Shown one piece after another: positions 62,577 through 63,966 of a stretch of 63,966 nucleotides of DNA. Each line of letters opens with the position of its first letter. Position 1 is the first letter of the stretch. The notes under the pieces were generated by a model. It had not been told where the DNA came from and did not search any database. It saw only the letters and a list, made by a program, of their open reading frames with translations. The stretch covers positions 97,343,644 to 97,407,609 of the forward strand of contig NC_057718.1 of the NCBI RefSeq assembly GCF_004010195.1. Direction: 5' to 3'. A program made the position numbers and the translations under genes. The DNA is from Chiloscyllium plagiosum (Eukaryota).

Positions 62577-62910
62577 GTTAAAAATCACACAACACCAGGT
62601 TTATTTGGAAGTACTAGCTTTCGGAGCACTGCTACTTCATCAGGTAGCTGTGGAACAGGATCATAAGACACAGAATTTATAACAAAAGATTACAGTGTCA
62701 TGCAACTGAAATGATATATTGAACAAACCCAGATTGCTGTTAAGTCTTTCAGCTTTTAGAATGGGTTGCAGGTTTCAGTTCATTAATATGTAAATCCCAG
62801 GTCTTCTTTTAAGTCACATTCTAGGGATAACTTAAGGTTTTATAAAAAAAAGTGACATCTCAGCTCAGACAATGCATTAAAGGTGTGAGTTTAGAGTCCA
62901 ACTGTATCCC
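62577..62910 (-). mobile_element. Penelope-like pLTR (19557 family) with hammerhead motif at 62612-62646
   Basis: 'ttaaaaatcacacaacaccagg'. Minus strand UAC-CUGAUGA-A-GUAGC(AGU)GCUCC-GAA-AGCU-A-GUA. Confidence 0.75.
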
Positions 62911-63169
62911 AGACATCTTTGCAACATTAAACATTCATTGTGGCTGCTGGTCCATTGTTTACCAACATTTCCTATAATTGTTCCTATCCAATCTTCCCTG
63001 CCATTGTGACAAAGGGCACAATCAAATCTAACTTCGCTCTGTGCGCAGGGGGACATGGGTAGCCTGGCTGATACATCTCTACCTGCTCAGAATTTTAGTG
63101 GTAACAGCCCTATCCCGGGTGAGTTCACCTACTTCAGCACCGAACATTGATCCAACCGCAATGTTTCTG

Positions 63170-63328
63170 AAAACAAAAAAAATGCTGGAGATCACAGCAT
63201 CTGTGGAGAGAGACCAAGCTAATGTTTCCAGTCTAAACTCGAAACATTAGCTTGCTTTCTCTCCATGGACGCTGTCTGACCTGCTGTGATTCAGTACAGA
63301 TTCCAGCATCTGTAGTAATTTGCTCCTA
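63170..63328. mobile_element. Fold-back PLE-derived short element
   Basis: 'ctgtggagagagaccaagctaatgtttc' / 'gaaacattagcttgctttctctccatgg'. Confidence 0.75.
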
Positions 63329-63679
63329 CATTGTAGAATCTTCCTGATATTTGTGCCTAATTTTCTTGTAAAGAAAAATTATTACAGTAATTTATTATCA
63401 TATTTGCAGCATTGCTCTGATTCAACTGCACCTGTTATAATCATTACTTTGCCAGTTATTAGCTTTCGCTAATAAAGTTGTGTTTGTCTCCCTTAATATC
63501 TGCTAAGCTGTTGAACTTCAGAAACTGATTTAAGTGCCACCCTTAAATTTCTTCCTGGATAATAAATTCACTGAGCTTTATTCTGCTTTTTCAAAGCTAT
63601 ATTTGAATTATACTTTCAGATTTATTCTTCTCCTCTTTAAAATCAGAATGCTCCTTCCTTAGTGTCTAACCAGCTGAAA

Positions 63680-63966
63680 GTCTGGTGAAGGGCTTTTGCC
63701 CGAAACGTCGATTCTCCTGCTCCTCAGGTGCTGCCTGACCTGCTGTGCATTTCCAGCACTATACTCTCAACTCTCCCACCCTGCCCCCTGTAAAAACACG
63801 ATCCCATATTCCCAATTCCTTCGCCTCCGCCGCATCTGCTCCCAGGAGGACCAATTCCAATAACGAACAACCCAGATGGCCTCCTTCTTCAAAGACCGCA
63901 ATTTCCCCTCAGACGTGGTTGATGATGCTCTCCACCGCATCTCCTCCACTTCCTGCTCCTCCGTCC
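63680..63966 (+). mobile_element. Penelope-like element: pLTR end followed by an RT C-terminal fragment (runs off the window)
   Basis: CTGGTGA-A-GGGC(TTTT)GCCC-GAAACGTC, then SHPAPCKNTIPYSQFLRLRRICSQEDQF..., typical of the PLE RT thumb. Confidence 0.88.

Overview
Vertebrate genomic DNA from a shark. HE1-type SINEs, HER1/CR1 LINEs and DeuSINE-type elements indicate an elasmobranch; an orectolobiform such as a bamboo, epaulette or zebra shark is a guess. I could not support any host protein-coding exon or RNA gene, so this looks like an intergenic or large intronic interval. Roughly half or more is decayed mobile DNA: about 23 HE1 V-SINE copies or fragments, many 5'-truncated CR1/HER1 LINEs, Rex-Babar, L2 and RTE LINE relics, DeuSINE/SacSINE1-like and other tRNA-derived SINEs, TA-flanked pogo/Tigger-like MITEs, a probable Harbinger transposase fossil, and many Penelope-like element (PLE) pieces. 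Main observations: (1) at least four distinct PLE terminal-repeat families carry a minimal hammerhead-ribozyme core (CUGANGA-stem II-GAAA-NUH) with covarying stems and palindromic helix III, often in short fold-back elements. (2) Two separate RTE LINE copies show 5'-inversion (twin-priming-like) geometry with breakpoints near the same RT motif. (3) A 21-bp x ~39 minisatellite forms an uninterrupted heptad ORF. (4) There are local duplications and opposite-orientation SINE-in-SINE nests. (5) Several TE-free segments could be conserved enhancers. Family names come from recalled consensus motifs, not database searches, and boundaries of old elements are approximate.
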